Shown here: piece by piece, positions 9,861 to 18,779 of the stretch
Numbering within the stretch: the stretch's first letter is position 1
Layout of the letters: every line of letters begins with the position of its first letter
Virus record (IMG/VR): IMGVR_UViG_3300027864_000205
Span: 9,929 to 73,928 of that record
Reading direction: 5' to 3' (one strand)
Source of the DNA: a virus
Lineage: Duplodnaviria; Caudoviricetes
Length of the DNA stretch: 64,000 bases
Program-made: the position numbers and the translations under genes
Notes under the pieces: generated by a model
Told to the model about the DNA's origin: nothing
Database searches by the model: none
What the model saw: only the letters and a program-made list of their open reading frames with translations

Positions 9861-10289
9861 TTAAACCACGCCTTTTGCGTTAAACGCAATTACATCGTCG
9901 AGTACCTGACCAGCGGCATCATGCATGAGCAGGTTCAGGTCGCCTGTCAAGACACAACCCGTAGCTGTTATGGTGTCGCTTCCGTGTTCTTGGAAGAAAT
10001 CACTGCCGGAATCGTTCATGATACCTTGGATGGTTAGCTCGGGAGTGCGTCCAGTTCGCAGATAGCCCATTATGGTGTTTTTGAGCCAGTTTGTGGTACG
10101 CCTACGTGTGATACTGCCTGAAATCGTGTACCCAAGCCACCTTGACGAAGGCGACCTTTCGCCAACCTGACTGCCCGACCAGACTTGGGGGGTGAAAGTT
10201 ATTGAACACGCAACCTCATCAAAGATTTCTATGCCATCAATAAACACCTTGCCCTCTTTGAGAGATATTGGGGCCATGTTATGTTCCAT
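9861..10289 (-). CDS. Tail tube protein XkdM-like
   Basis: Follows sheath; ISLKEGKVFIDG motif. Confidence 0.85.
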   Translation of the reverse strand: MEHNMAPISLKEGKVFIDGIEIFDEVACSITFTPQVWSGSQVGERSPSSRWLGYTISGSITRRRTTNWLKNTIMGYLRTGRTPELTIQGIMNDSGSDFFQEHGSDTITATGCVLTGDLNLLMHDAAGQVLDDVIAFNAKGVV

Positions 10290-10304
10290 GATTAGTTATC
10301 CTCC

Positions 10305-11633
10305 TTATCGTGTTTTGATTGTGAAGAACAGCTTTTCAGCGCTATCCACAGGCTGTATAAAAACATCAAAGAAAACTTCATCGCCAATACTTTCGCCTCG
10401 GTTCACTCTGAAATCTTCTTCGAAGTTTACATTCATGATGGCGTTGTTTCCCTCGTATCTAAGCAACAATTCTCTGCCGAGGCCTTCCATAGCATCCCAC
10501 GCATCTTCATTGTTGTGGAACCTATTTGGTGGGAACTCCAACATTACATCTTTTGCGAAAGAATCGAGTGTTCGGCGCACACGGTTCTTTCGGTAGTATT
10601 CACCTTTCGGTCTTTCAAAGGTGACGAGAGAGTTGATGTCGTACTCAACGGCAACCTCGCCCCGCTCGTTCCACGAGAAGAAGAACTCGCCCTTATTGAT
10701 GGCTGCTTCGGCTTCTTCGTGGTTTTTCTCGCCGAGTATGCTGACGGCTCCTTCGTATGGTCTGTATGTCAGACTTTCGATGTGGTAGAGAGCCGCTGCG
10801 TCGGATGCTGCAATAAAGGCGGTCGCCTTAAAGGCATCAATCTCGGTGCCATCATTAAGGACAACTCCATTCGTCACATTTATTATGCCGATGCAGTCTG
10901 CTTGCAAGCCTGAAACAGCCGCTGTACGGTATTTCCCGTTATCGCGGAGATACTTGATTTTTGAAGCAACTGCGGCTTTTAGCGCAGCCTGCGCAATCGG
11001 AAAAGCCATAGTATCCCAGCTTTGACTCTCTGAGCTGTCGATATACTTAGTAATGTCGGCATTTGTAGCATTGCCAGTCACTCCACCCGAGAGAGAGAAC
11101 CCTGCATGGGCGACTAATGCGCCACCTCCTGCGAAGTCCACCCAATCGTTATTGCCCACCTTGATAAGTTCATCAATTTCCGACAACCCGGTGACGTTAA
11201 ACACGCGGTCAGAGCCCAACCAGACTGAAACATCAAAGCCGCCAGTTGGATTTGCGGTAACTGCAACTCTCAGGTCATTACCTCTTGCGCCTCCATACTT
11301 TGCGGTAACGGTCAGGTTGTTTTCAGTTGCTGTGGCTTTTGCTCCCTGTTTCGGTATATAGACTACAACCTCAGCAGCCGCCTTCAGTGCTTCACGTACA
11401 AGCAGCAACTCCGGGTCAAACACAGAGTAACCTAACTTATGACGTTGAGCTTCAGGCGCATTGCGTGCAATTCTGATAAACTCTTCTCCCGGACCATACG
11501 GATGGTTTATAAGCGGTATTGTTACCGCACCACGGTTTCGCCCTCTGATTCTAGTCGGACGAGTGCTTTCAAAGTTGATATAGGTTCCCGGGCGCACCTT
11601 GCCGACAATTTTGTCAAATGTTCCACCTGGCAT
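10305..11633 (-). CDS. Tail sheath protein XkdK-like
   Basis: GKVRPGTYINF, TAKYGGARGN, KNRVRRTLD, QPVDSAEKLFFTI motifs. Confidence 0.93.
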   Translation of the reverse strand: MPGGTFDKIVGKVRPGTYINFESTRPTRIRGRNRGAVTIPLINHPYGPGEEFIRIARNAPEAQRHKLGYSVFDPELLLVREALKAAAEVVVYIPKQGAKATATENNLTVTAKYGGARGNDLRVAVTANPTGGFDVSVWLGSDRVFNVTGLSEIDELIKVGNNDWVDFAGGGALVAHAGFSLSGGVTGNATNADITKYIDSSESQSWDTMAFPIAQAALKAAVASKIKYLRDNGKYRTAAVSGLQADCIGIINVTNGVVLNDGTEIDAFKATAFIAASDAAALYHIESLTYRPYEGAVSILGEKNHEEAEAAINKGEFFFSWNERGEVAVEYDINSLVTFERPKGEYYRKNRVRRTLDSFAKDVMLEFPPNRFHNNEDAWDAMEGLGRELLLRYEGNNAIMNVNFEEDFRVNRGESIGDEVFFDVFIQPVDSAEKLFFTIKTR

Positions 11634-11635
11634 AA

Positions 11636-11893
11636 CTATTTTTCCTCCTTCTTCTCAGGAATGGCTGATAAGCCACACCATTCTTCGATGTGCGTTCTCA
11701 TTTCTTCAACTGTGTATGTGCCTTCCAGCGCATATGTCGCGGCATCGTAAGTGCTGGTCGATACGTTAAACAGTTCCCTGCAATCCACACAAAGTCTCTC
11801 AACACTGAACTTGGGCTTTATCTCCGGGTTCGCTTGCGACTCTGTCATGGTTGGGTTTTCGTTGGGCTTATTTTTTTTGTTGTTTTCTGCCAT
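11636..11893 (-). CDS. Small hypothetical tail-region protein
   Basis: 85-aa ORF with GAGGA RBS between tail completion and sheath genes. Confidence 0.75.
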   Translation of the reverse strand: MAENNKKNKPNENPTMTESQANPEIKPKFSVERLCVDCRELFNVSTSTYDAATYALEGTYTVEEMRTHIEEWCGLSAIPEKKEEK

Positions 11894-11897
11894 ATGG

Positions 11898-12389
11898 TCA
11901 TTCCTCCTCTTGATTTATTATGGCAAGAGCGCTATCGTAAGCACTCTTTAATTCGATTGTGGCGTTAATCGCCGCTATGGCTTGCGATTCTACTCTACGG
12001 TATGGGCGCGGACTATCCCACATGAGTGTGATTTGCGCTGCGTTGTCCATGGGTCTCAACAATGGATCTCTCAGACGGATAATCCGCTTTGTCGGATTAC
12101 CTTCGTTGTCAACAACAGGTACAGCATTCCTCACAGATTTAAGTGCATTCTGCGCAGTAAAGCCGAGGTCAAATGCCAAGCTCGATTTGCTGTGAAAGAA
12201 CTTCACAAACCAAACAAAATTGAGCGCATACGTGGACATGGTAAACCCCTGTGAATCAACTTCTGGAGGAGGGAAGTACACAGACGGCACTATAAAATCT
12301 TGCGGCATTTTTTCGTAGTATGGCTGCAGGTTTCCCGTGGCTTTGAGCATGAACGCAATAACGCTCGCCATTTCTCTATCCAATGCCAT
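11898..12389 (-). CDS. Tail completion/terminator protein XkdJ-like
   Basis: Position; PQDFIVPSVYFPPPE motif. Confidence 0.7.
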   Translation of the reverse strand: MALDREMASVIAFMLKATGNLQPYYEKMPQDFIVPSVYFPPPEVDSQGFTMSTYALNFVWFVKFFHSKSSLAFDLGFTAQNALKSVRNAVPVVDNEGNPTKRIIRLRDPLLRPMDNAAQITLMWDSPRPYRRVESQAIAAINATIELKSAYDSALAIINQEEE

Positions 12390-12403
12390 ATAGCAATCTC
12401 CCC

Positions 12404-12922
12404 CTAACTAAAGTAGCTGTTAATCCACTGCTGTACTTTTGCTTCAAGCCACTTAGGCAGTATTTTCTCTAATATGCGGATAGAAGCTTCCCAATAGTGC
12501 GCACCTTCTACCCACTGCTGTTTCAGCATCATGCCCGAGGAAGCGCCGGGCGTGTGAACAAACCTGCCTCCTCGCCAGTAACCTGGCACGAAGCGCATGG
12601 CTACACCCTGCGGATTCATCCAGTGACCATCATTTACAAAAACTGCATATGAAACATTTGTGCCAACTTCAAGGGTCATGCCCCCGTCGCTTATATTCCA
12701 CACATTGTCCTCATCGCCCTTGCTGAAGCTGTTCAGCAGCAAGCGTGAGTCCACGACATTTCGCCTGATAATTTCGTCTTGGAGGATACGTAGAAACTCG
12801 TACCCGATACTTTCGATAAAAAGCGTAAACTCTTCTTTGAAGTCGCCAGATGCTGCACTGCGTAGCTTTTGAGCAAGTCCTGTAGTATCTTCGAGTGTGA
12901 TTTTAATGAATGGTGCTGACAT
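12404..12922 (-). CDS. HK97 gp10-like neck protein (XkdI-like)
   Basis: VDSRLLLNSF, LEVGTNVSYAVFVNDGH motifs. Confidence 0.85.
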   Translation of the reverse strand: MSAPFIKITLEDTTGLAQKLRSAASGDFKEEFTLFIESIGYEFLRILQDEIIRRNVVDSRLLLNSFSKGDEDNVWNISDGGMTLEVGTNVSYAVFVNDGHWMNPQGVAMRFVPGYWRGGRFVHTPGASSGMMLKQQWVEGAHYWEASIRILEKILPKWLEAKVQQWINSYFS

Positions 12923-13296
12923 TAGATAGCCTCCTGATTCGCCCTGCGCGTCACCATTACATGAACATGGTGTCGCCTTACCTTGCGAGGCATTTCAGCG
13001 GTGAACTCCAAGCCTGTATCAAGGTCTACTATCTTATCGTTTACTCTTATATCGGTACCCCAGGGAAGCGAGAGCTTTATCCGCGCATCATAGACTGTCT
13101 GAGGTTCGCGCTGTACTACGCTTGCACTGCCGCTCCGTGCGTGAAAGTGGCACGCCACGTTTTCTATATCAGGTGTATCAGGATATGAGTGTTCAAGCGA
13201 GGCTGGAAGTCCGTAACCGGGTGATGCGCCCTCACTTATGATGTGATATACGTTGCACCGATGGAGAAGAAAATCAGAAAATCCCACAACTACCAC
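12922..13296 (-). CDS. Head-tail adaptor YqbH/XkdH-like
   Basis: Position; LPWGTDIRVNDKIVD motif. Confidence 0.75.
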   Translation of the reverse strand: MVVVGFSDFLLHRCNVYHIISEGASPGYGLPASLEHSYPDTPDIENVACHFHARSGSASVVQREPQTVYDARIKLSLPWGTDIRVNDKIVDLDTGLEFTAEMPRKVRRHHVHVMVTRRANQEAI

Positions 13297-13300
13297 CTCC

Positions 13301-13702
13301 TCACAGTTTTCGCAGACTCATATTAACAGGGTTGCGTGCCCTAGCTACAATGTAGTCCGCAAGTAGAGGCTCAATGTCAATGTTGTCAATCTTGGATTCC
13401 GTGTCATGAAGCGTGTAGGAATAATCATCAAAAGACTCACTCCTGAAATTGCCGCTATTTGCATCTGCCCCCGCAGCGCCAATTGCATACATTTCAGCAA
13501 GCAACATTACCGCAGTTTTTACATTTAGAGGTATCTCAGGGAATTCATCGGCATCATCGAAACGGTTTCCGGTGATAGCGATAACCCGCTGTTCTGCCCT
13601 GAGAATATCCACTTTGAGGCGGCTATCATCGCGTGATGTTACTCTTGGGTTCTCGGAGTAGTCTTTTACCTCTTGAGGCGTTACCCACGGCCTTGTAGCC
13701 AT
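13301..13702 (-). CDS. Head-tail connector YqbG/XkdG2 (DUF3199)-like
   Basis: WVTPQEVKDYS, FRSESFDDYSYT motifs. Confidence 0.8.
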   Translation of the reverse strand: MATRPWVTPQEVKDYSENPRVTSRDDSRLKVDILRAEQRVIAITGNRFDDADEFPEIPLNVKTAVMLLAEMYAIGAAGADANSGNFRSESFDDYSYTLHDTESKIDNIDIEPLLADYIVARARNPVNMSLRKL

Positions 13703-13706
13703 GACA

Positions 13707-14219
13707 TCACCCCGCTTCAAACATGCCTGTGCTTATCAGCCTACCCGCGAGGTCTTCGCCTACATTAACAGGTACACCTTTCAGGAATATTTGACTACCT
13801 TTTGTATACGTCGCACCCCTTACGAGTACTACCGCTTTTCCATCCCCGGCAACAGCGGTGTCGCCGCTCTGCTCGTTGCTCTGAACTTCGGGAGTAGCGG
13901 TGCTGGTGCTTTCGTTTGGCTTGCTTTCCTCGTCAGTAGCTTTCGCTTCAATGTCAGCGAATATAAGGTCAGCACGCATGTCGTTATTTGTTGCCGCAGA
14001 AATGTCAACTCCACGCTCCAGAGCAATTGCCTCGAGGCTATCTTTGCCAGCTTTTTTGAGTTGCGACAGGGTCATTCCATCCCCGGCAACAGCGGTGTCG
14101 CCGCTCTGCTCGTTGCTCTGAACTTCGGGAGTAGCGGCAAGCGGAGCCATTCCCGGCATATAAATGCCATTATCATCATCGAGCAAGGTTGAGCTACCTG
14201 TGTTGTTGTTGTCAGACAT
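13707..14219 (-). CDS. YqbF-like protein with HeH/LEM-like helical module
   Basis: Central LSQLKKAGKDSLEAIALERGVDIS...ADLI (HeH-like); C-terminal VRGATYTKGSQIFLKGVPVNV (YqbF-like). Confidence 0.7.
   Translation of the reverse strand: MSDNNNTGSSTLLDDDNGIYMPGMAPLAATPEVQSNEQSGDTAVAGDGMTLSQLKKAGKDSLEAIALERGVDISAATNNDMRADLIFADIEAKATDEESKPNESTSTATPEVQSNEQSGDTAVAGDGKAVVLVRGATYTKGSQIFLKGVPVNVGEDLAGRLISTGMFEAG
13838..14137. repeat. Perfect 63-bp direct repeat (13838-13900 and 14075-14137)
   Basis: ttccatccccggcaacagcggtgtcgccgctctgctcgttgctctgaacttcgggagtagcgg occurs twice, 237 bp apart. Confidence 0.97.
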
Positions 14220-14346
14220 ATTTATTCCTCCTAATATTATTGTGTAGGTCTATTCCGCAGCCTGTGCAACACATTTTTGTGTTTCTCCCTTATGGGATAC
14301 TCGTAATCATAAAGCGCAGCACAGGCTTATACAGAATGTGAGATGT

Positions 14347-15300
14347 TTATGGTGTCGGTGTTGTGTCAACTGTGAAATTGTCAGCAATGACAAATGCATC
14401 GGGATTGACAATTTCCATGTCGAAGTCGGCAAGCAAGGTGAACTCGTGACGGGTTTTGCGTGGCACCACCTGATGGTAGCTATGCAAGCTTTGTCCGAAT
14501 ACGCCGTATGCGAGGTTTTCAAACGGAGCAAGGAAAATGATATTATCGGGCAGGAAGCCGAGGGGGAAGATTTCGTGACCGTCGTAAGTCACATGCCTGC
14601 CGTCGATAATCATTGAGTCTCCTAGAGCTGTGTTGCGTTGCTGCAGTTGTTGTTTGTATTTGCGATTGACTTGGTGTGAGCAGAAAATTGTCAAAAGGTT
14701 CTTATCTTCCTCTTGGAAGAGTTGGAAGTATTTGCTCGGCATTGCAGTGAGCAGTCCATCAAATACCTTACCGAGGAAGTCTTCGCTGCCTTCGGTGTCG
14801 AATTTGTGGGTCAGTGTATCTTTTTTGGCAAGCTTCACCCAACCATCGTTGATACTCAGGAAATTGTCGTTAGAGTCGGTATCTCCGTTGATTGCGAGAT
14901 CAAGAGAGTCATTGACGAATTGCTGTGAAAAGAGTTTTGCAAGCGTGGTGTTGACGTTCCTGCCTTCGATGTTTTCCTTCATGTACTGGAAAGTGACGTT
15001 GTAAGGCATGATAACACCTTCTGCGGTAAGCTTGCGCCTCTTGTGGTCTGCTGTGCCGGATGCGGGGTTGTCGTCATCTTCAACCTGTGCCCTGAGTGCA
15101 CGCTTGTTGACGCTTAGGGAGTCAAGGTAGCGTGTAGTCGAACTCATGTTAATGACATCTGTACGCTTGAAAAATACAGAGTAGTCTTTCATGAATGTCA
15201 TGAATTGTCTCTGCTGCTCGGTATTCATGGCACCGCCGCTTCCAAGTGCGCTGGAATCAATCGATGCCTTAGATACTAGTGTTCTGTTATCCAAACTCAT
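14347..15300 (-). CDS. Major capsid protein (HK97 fold, XkdG-like)
   Basis: 317 aa after protease; GGAMNTEQQRQF, LAINGD, NDGWVKLA motifs. Confidence 0.9.
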   Translation of the reverse strand: MSLDNRTLVSKASIDSSALGSGGAMNTEQQRQFMTFMKDYSVFFKRTDVINMSSTTRYLDSLSVNKRALRAQVEDDDNPASGTADHKRRKLTAEGVIMPYNVTFQYMKENIEGRNVNTTLAKLFSQQFVNDSLDLAINGDTDSNDNFLSINDGWVKLAKKDTLTHKFDTEGSEDFLGKVFDGLLTAMPSKYFQLFQEEDKNLLTIFCSHQVNRKYKQQLQQRNTALGDSMIIDGRHVTYDGHEIFPLGFLPDNIIFLAPFENLAYGVFGQSLHSYHQVVPRKTRHEFTLLADFDMEIVNPDAFVIADNFTVDTTPTP

Positions 15301-15314
15301 TTTTGTTGTCCTCC

Positions 15315-16670
15315 TTAAATGAAGAAGTTGTCAAATACGCCAACTTCTGCTTTTTCTATCGGTTCCTGTTCAGCGTTGAGATTGCTTGGGATACCTCGAG
15401 CTTTGAGTAGCGGCTCAATGGCTTCGCTCACCATTTTCTTCACTGCCTCGGGTGTCACAGCTTCAGATACCTCGAGTTCAGCTTCCAAAAGCTTGGCTTC
15501 GGGCAGCTTCTCGAATTTTGCGGCGATAGTATCATCTATCATTTTCTGAATGCTGCTTAGTGTGACGGGGGCTTCTTCAACTGCATTGTCTACTTCCGGC
15601 TTCTCAACCAGTTCGGCAACGGTCTGTGTGACTAGGTCCTTGATTTCCTGCGGGTTCATGTCTGTATCCTCCTTCGTAATGTCATCCTCGCCGCCAGCTA
15701 ACGAATCACGGAGTTCCGTGAGTATGTCGCACGCTTCGTCGAGCTTTTTCTTGTTTGCAGCTGATATTTTCTTGCCTGCTTTCTCAACGGCAGCTGCATC
15801 GCTGGAAAGTGCTTTTACAACGCATGGTTGCGTGAGCAGATTTGTGATGATTTCGCCAAAATCTGCGAGAGCTTCACGGATTGTTTGCTCATCATCGACA
15901 AACACCCGACTATCTGTCTCCCAGTTCCAAGAGGCAAGGGTGGTTTCCAGCGCATCAAAGGCTGACCAGAAGTTTCGCTGCTTAATATTCTTTTCGTACT
16001 TCTCCTTAACCTCTCCCTTTTCAACCGCACTAATGCCCAAAGCTGTGCGGATTGCTTTCATCAAACCCTTTCCCGCAGTGGCCTCTTCATCAGCCTTGAT
16101 TTCTGCTGCTTGGTCTTGTGTCGTCGTGGTGGTTTCAGGCGAACCTTTTGTGAGTTCTTCCAAGTCAATATCCTCCTTGCCATATTTCCCGACTCCACCC
16201 ATCGAAAAGCCTGTGATGTCACCTTTCTCCACAGCTTCCCAAATGGCAGAATCTTCGATTTCGACCGTCATTAGCCAAGTCCCCTTAGCTATTGTCTCGT
16301 CACCTATAATCATGTCGCACGGTGCAATGTAGGTTTCTACGACAGTGACGCCATCCACAGCCTCAAAGCTGTGCTGTACGTCAATCTGGTCACCGTTCTT
16401 GGCGAACCAGTGAGCTGCCTTGCGGATTTCCTCCTCTGTCATGAAGTTTCCGTCTGTATCTTCGACCAGTGGCTCATACACTACGCCCGTGACATAATGT
16501 GTTTCGGCGTCGGCCTTGACAATCCTGCCGAATGTTTCAAACGATGCGCTACCATCTTCGGCTTTGGTTATAAGGAACTTTTTGTTGTTGGCCGCCTTGT
16601 CAACGAGTGAGACAAACCGGATTCTCGCATCGCTGATTTCAATTGCTTTTTCTATTTTTATTTTTGACAC
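15315..16670 (-). CDS. XkdF-like prohead protease/scaffold
   Basis: FVSLVDKAAN, GVVYEP..D..G.FMT..EI, ITGFSMGG; likely GTG start at 16670 after AAAGGAGG. Confidence 0.88.
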   Translation of the reverse strand: MSKIKIEKAIEISDARIRFVSLVDKAANNKKFLITKAEDGSASFETFGRIVKADAETHYVTGVVYEPLVEDTDGNFMTEEEIRKAAHWFAKNGDQIDVQHSFEAVDGVTVVETYIAPCDMIIGDETIAKGTWLMTVEIEDSAIWEAVEKGDITGFSMGGVGKYGKEDIDLEELTKGSPETTTTTQDQAAEIKADEEATAGKGLMKAIRTALGISAVEKGEVKEKYEKNIKQRNFWSAFDALETTLASWNWETDSRVFVDDEQTIREALADFGEIITNLLTQPCVVKALSSDAAAVEKAGKKISAANKKKLDEACDILTELRDSLAGGEDDITKEDTDMNPQEIKDLVTQTVAELVEKPEVDNAVEEAPVTLSSIQKMIDDTIAAKFEKLPEAKLLEAELEVSEAVTPEAVKKMVSEAIEPLLKARGIPSNLNAEQEPIEKAEVGVFDNFFI

Positions 16671-16750
16671 TCTCGTTTCACCTCCTTTCGTGTTGGGCGC
16701 ATTACGCATCGCCCTGCGGACCTTAACCTTTCCTACCCGGTTATAGGCAT

Positions 16751-16784
16751 AAAAATAGCGGGTCTCACCGTTTGGTGAAACCCG
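16751..16784 (-). terminator. Intrinsic terminator after MuF and its small partner ORF
   Basis: Minus strand CGGGTTTCACC-AAAC-GGTGAGACCCG followed by CTATTTTT. Confidence 0.7.
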
Positions 16785-16807
16785 TAGGTTAACTGTGGTT
16801 ATCTAGT

Positions 16808-16972
16808 TTATATTTCTTCGAATATTGAATCCATAGAATCATCTATGCATTTAACAAACGATTCGTATGCCTTCTTTTGCTCTTCCGTCGCATCAGCAGG
16901 CAAGACAAGATCCCCTGTTTCGGTTTTTTCCAAAACGCCTATCAGCGTATCCGGCAATCCAATTAACGCCAT
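16808..16972 (-). CDS. 54-aa acidic protein, candidate immunity protein for the MuF C-terminal domain
   Basis: Not in ORF track; AGGAGG RBS, ATG 2 nt after MuF stop; MALIGLPDTLIGVLEKTETGDLVLPADATEEQKKAYESFVKCIDDSMDSIFEEI. Confidence 0.7.
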   Translation of the reverse strand: MALIGLPDTLIGVLEKTETGDLVLPADATEEQKKAYESFVKCIDDSMDSIFEEI

Positions 16973-16973
16973 G

Positions 16974-18779
16974 TTAGAACCCTCCTTCTCTTATAAGCCT
17001 TGTGATTTCTGCCGATAGCGGAGATAAAGTTACATCACTTATTGCTTCTGCAAAAGCTTCCCTATAAGCAAATCCGAGCCCCTTCTTGTTGGCTACCGCC
17101 GAAACATAGTCAGAAATATTGAGCCACTCGTCGGCACTCATTCCGAGATTTGATAATGCTTTTTTAACAATCCTTGCCGACACATCGCCACTCTTTAACG
17201 ACTGAAACGCAGCGACTCTATCTAACATGCCATTCAGGTCGGTGGCGGTGAAGTCTACTCCGCGCCCATTGAAAGTTTCAACGAAGTCAATTGCATGCGA
17301 CACTTCATGTCGTAGAATCCCTGCGACTCCATTTTTTGAAGTCCAGTAGCCGCTATTTGTGTACTTGTTGACCATTTCAGAGATAGAGTTTAGGTCCTGC
17401 ATGTTCGCGACATTTAGTTTTAAGCTCGTGGTTATGTTTCCTTTGTCGCTTCTCACCGCAAATTCGGCAATCATATCACCAGGTTCATTGACAGCCACTA
17501 TTTTCTGCACTGAGCCCTTCAGTTGCGGAAACTCTTGATAAAGCCCCTCTAGGCTGTTGCCGACTGCATTTAACACTTCATCAGACAACCCTGTTACCGC
17601 TACTTTTTGAGTGCCTATAGTCTCCTTTAACCGCGCTATTTCTTCGCGCCTACTTGTGAACGGTTTATTTACTTCAATTATACCATCGGCTATGCTCCCT
17701 TGCAAGCCATTACCACCAATTCCAACCCCTGCGAAGCTTGCAGACGCTCGTGCGTCCATCACATTATCTTGAATCACGCCGACTCGCGCCATGTTAGTCT
17801 GCTGCAACTCACGCTCCCATGCACCATCGTCTTCGTCTATGGCTTGTTGTTGTAACGCCTGTCTCTCTTCGAGAGATAATCCGAGTATGTTTTCGTTCAC
17901 AACGGCTTGCATACAGCAATGACAGTTTATTCGTTCTTCCGGGGGAAGTATAGGGTCGCGAGGGAACATTGGGCTGAAGCCGTCAAGCGAGAAAGGTTCA
18001 TTAACCGGCACACGTTGTCCGCTGATAGCGACATGGTTCTCGCGGGGGTCGTTCATGTGACCGCCTGTGTGTTTCCACCCCTTTTCCTCGACTGCCGGAC
18101 TTTGTACATAAGATTCCTGCTGAGCTATGGAGTGCGCTGTGAGCATTTCGGTCACGGCAACACTTCTCGCCCTGTGATATTCGCTGCGTATACCGCCATC
18201 CATGAGTACCCTTGTAAACTCTGCCACGCTATGCCCTTGCGAGAGGCTTGTTGTAAGCGCCCTTTGTATCTGCCTATGCGAAGTGAGTTGCATTATTCCG
18301 GCAAGTTCCTCACTCCATTCCTCCGCCCACGCCGCCGTGCGCTTCGATATACGGTCAGCAGTATTGCCTGAGCCGAGACTTTTTGCTATGGTCGCTTCCG
18401 CAAGTTCGGGGTCTGTTTGAGCAATATAGTCTATGGTAAGTTCACAAACCATCTTCTCAAACTCATCATAGAATATTTTGGTAAGCTTCTCCGCTGTGTC
18501 ATCGGATGCGCGGATACCCTGCCAAACAAAGTCATTGAAGAACAGGAGGCCATCCGAAGCATTAAGTGCCTCTATTACTCTATTCGTAAATTCTTTCAAG
18601 CAACTTGCGACTTTTTCCTCACAAGCCGATATTTCTCCCACCGTGCCTTCGGCATCGGCAAAGCCGGCCTCGTCCAACGCCTCTACAAGATTGCTGTCTT
18701 CTTTAGCTATGTATTTGTCGATTGCCTCTATAAGTGGCTTGCAGTTGACTTTGCTCCAATCAATAACTTTCTTCGACAT
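16974..18779 (-). CDS. MuF (SPP1 gp7-like) minor head protein with C-terminal zinc-metallopeptidase-like extension
   Basis: MuF motifs KGWKHTG..PRENH..ISGQRV...EPF, PRDP.LPPEERINCHC; extension with HEVSH and EAFAE. Confidence 0.85.
   Translation of the reverse strand: MSKKVIDWSKVNCKPLIEAIDKYIAKEDSNLVEALDEAGFADAEGTVGEISACEEKVASCLKEFTNRVIEALNASDGLLFFNDFVWQGIRASDDTAEKLTKIFYDEFEKMVCELTIDYIAQTDPELAEATIAKSLGSGNTADRISKRTAAWAEEWSEELAGIMQLTSHRQIQRALTTSLSQGHSVAEFTRVLMDGGIRSEYHRARSVAVTEMLTAHSIAQQESYVQSPAVEEKGWKHTGGHMNDPRENHVAISGQRVPVNEPFSLDGFSPMFPRDPILPPEERINCHCCMQAVVNENILGLSLEERQALQQQAIDEDDGAWERELQQTNMARVGVIQDNVMDARASASFAGVGIGGNGLQGSIADGIIEVNKPFTSRREEIARLKETIGTQKVAVTGLSDEVLNAVGNSLEGLYQEFPQLKGSVQKIVAVNEPGDMIAEFAVRSDKGNITTSLKLNVANMQDLNSISEMVNKYTNSGYWTSKNGVAGILRHEVSHAIDFVETFNGRGVDFTATDLNGMLDRVAAFQSLKSGDVSARIVKKALSNLGMSADEWLNISDYVSAVANKKGLGFAYREAFAEAISDVTLSPLSAEITRLIREGGF

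Noticed and set aside
15550-16332. 260-aa plus-strand ORF, and similar long antisense ORFs such as 21996-22805 and 39775-40476
   Set aside because: Shadow frames of well-supported minus-strand genes; Ser-rich, no RBS, no motifs
16695-16715. Second ArpU site (ATGCGtaATGCGccc) before the protease gene
   Set aside because: Repeat period is 7 rather than 10, it lies too close to the RBS and no -10 follows
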